Below, piece after piece: positions 63,648-64,000 of a DNA stretch of 64,000 nucleotides. This DNA is from Terriglobia bacterium (GTDB lineage Bacteria; Acidobacteriota; Terriglobia; 20CM-2-55-15), in NCBI GenBank assembly GCA_965206125.1, contig CBDBIN010000045.1:772531-836530 (forward strand), read 5' to 3'. Numbering within the stretch: the first letter of the stretch is position 1; the number at the start of each line of letters is the position of its first letter. The notes beneath the pieces are model-generated. The model was not told the DNA's origin. It ran no database searches and saw nothing but the letters and a program-made list of their open reading frames with translations. The position numbers and the translations under genes were made by a program.

Positions 63648-64000
63648 TCAGCGTCGCTTCGCTCCGGTGTCCAGCGGGAGCCGGTCGAAGCCTCCATGGA
63701 GGACGAGGGGCTTCGGCGGCCAACCGAGGGGCTTGCCCGTGTCGGCATCCTCGCAACGGGCGAGCTCGATGTCGAAGCTGCCGCTGAGTTCACGGGACTC
63801 GGCCAGCGCGGTGGTGCTGAGCGTACCGATGGCTGGATCGCCGGGCCGGCACCGCACCCTCCGGAGGCGCTCCTCGAACATGAGCTCGAAGACCACCTGG
63901 GTCTCGGGGGTCACCCGGCCGTCAGCGTCGAGGACGAGGACCAGATCCCAGTCGTCAGCGCCGAGTTCGAGGCGCGCGGGGCCGACGCTGCCGATGGAGG
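63648..64000 (-). CDS. C-terminal part of a hypothetical protein; start lies beyond the window end
   Basis: The open frame from the window edge ends ...ETQVVFELMFEERLRRVRCRPGDP...LVLHGGFDRLPLDTGAKRR. It keeps the GC-rich codon bias of neighbouring genes. Confidence 0.35.
   Translation of the reverse strand, partial: SIGSVGPARLELGADDWDLVLVLDADGRVTPETQVVFELMFEERLRRVRCRPGDPAIGTLSTTALAESRELSGSFDIELARCEDADTGKPLGWPPKPLVLHGGFDRLPLDTGAKRR

Noticed and set aside
63270-63650. Lower-GC non-coding stretch with a 40-codon ORF (MWIETPFDTQTAERIGEF...) and a 116-aa minus-strand ORF.
   Set aside because: There are no family signals. The ORFs are short and the region lacks the codon bias of flanking genes. 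It is possibly a regulatory or ncRNA region, but nothing specific could be supported.

Overview
This is a high-GC bacterial chromosomal segment, gene-dense on both strands. The ADOP/MacB-like permease fragment at the 5' edge and the DUF1552 plus DUF1592 (PSCyt/PSD-type cytochrome) gene pairs suggest an Acidobacteria, Gemmatimonadetes or Planctomycetes-like organism; this is inference only. The most striking structure is four paralogous copies of a three-gene module. Each copy encodes, in transcription order, a secreted ~800-aa DUF1592-family protein with two conserved CxxCH haem-binding motifs, a Tat-exported ~456-aa DUF1552 protein, and a secreted ~525-550-aa ankyrin-repeat protein. Copy 1 lies at 10302-15710 (minus strand). 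Copies 3 and 2 lie back-to-back as a six-gene run at 28109-39230 (minus strand). Copy 4 lies at 41057-46440 (plus strand). Copy 4 is divergent from a Zn-ribbon methyltransferase gene and separated from copy 3 by a MITE-like hairpin pair. The ankyrin partner and the four-fold amplification look like an undescribed periplasmic redox or scaffold system. Other content follows in order along the window. An IS30-family insertion sequence has split the substrate-binding-protein gene of a polar amino-acid ABC transporter, leaving the ATPase and two permease genes intact. A complete hydantoinase-process trio is present: D-hydantoinase, N-carbamoyl-D-amino-acid hydrolase and hydantoin racemase. A 263-bp compound palindromic element with 27-bp perfect terminal inverted repeats sits between the racemase and carbamoylase genes. 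Further genes include recQ, DUF1028, a GlcG-like protein, a CotH/DUF4956/VTC triad and an M16 zinc peptidase. A Tat-amidase gene carries an apparent frameshift. A divergent two-operon cluster encodes a GTP cyclohydrolase II/RibD-reductase fusion, a CDP-alcohol phosphatidyltransferase, an MDR dehydrogenase, a PTPS-like protein, a GT4 glycosyltransferase and a methyltransferase, and is a candidate pterin- or pyrimidine-derived glycoconjugate pathway. The 3' part of the window holds a DoxX gene, an XRE regulator with a partner membrane protein, a CPBP protease, MscS, an amidohydrolase and a 5'-truncated CueO-like multicopper oxidase that abuts a dense repeat cluster. A LamG-EEP nuclease/phosphatase and rsgA complete the window. 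No rRNA, complete tRNA or CRISPR array was seen. Many long antisense ORFs in the six-frame track are GC artefacts.
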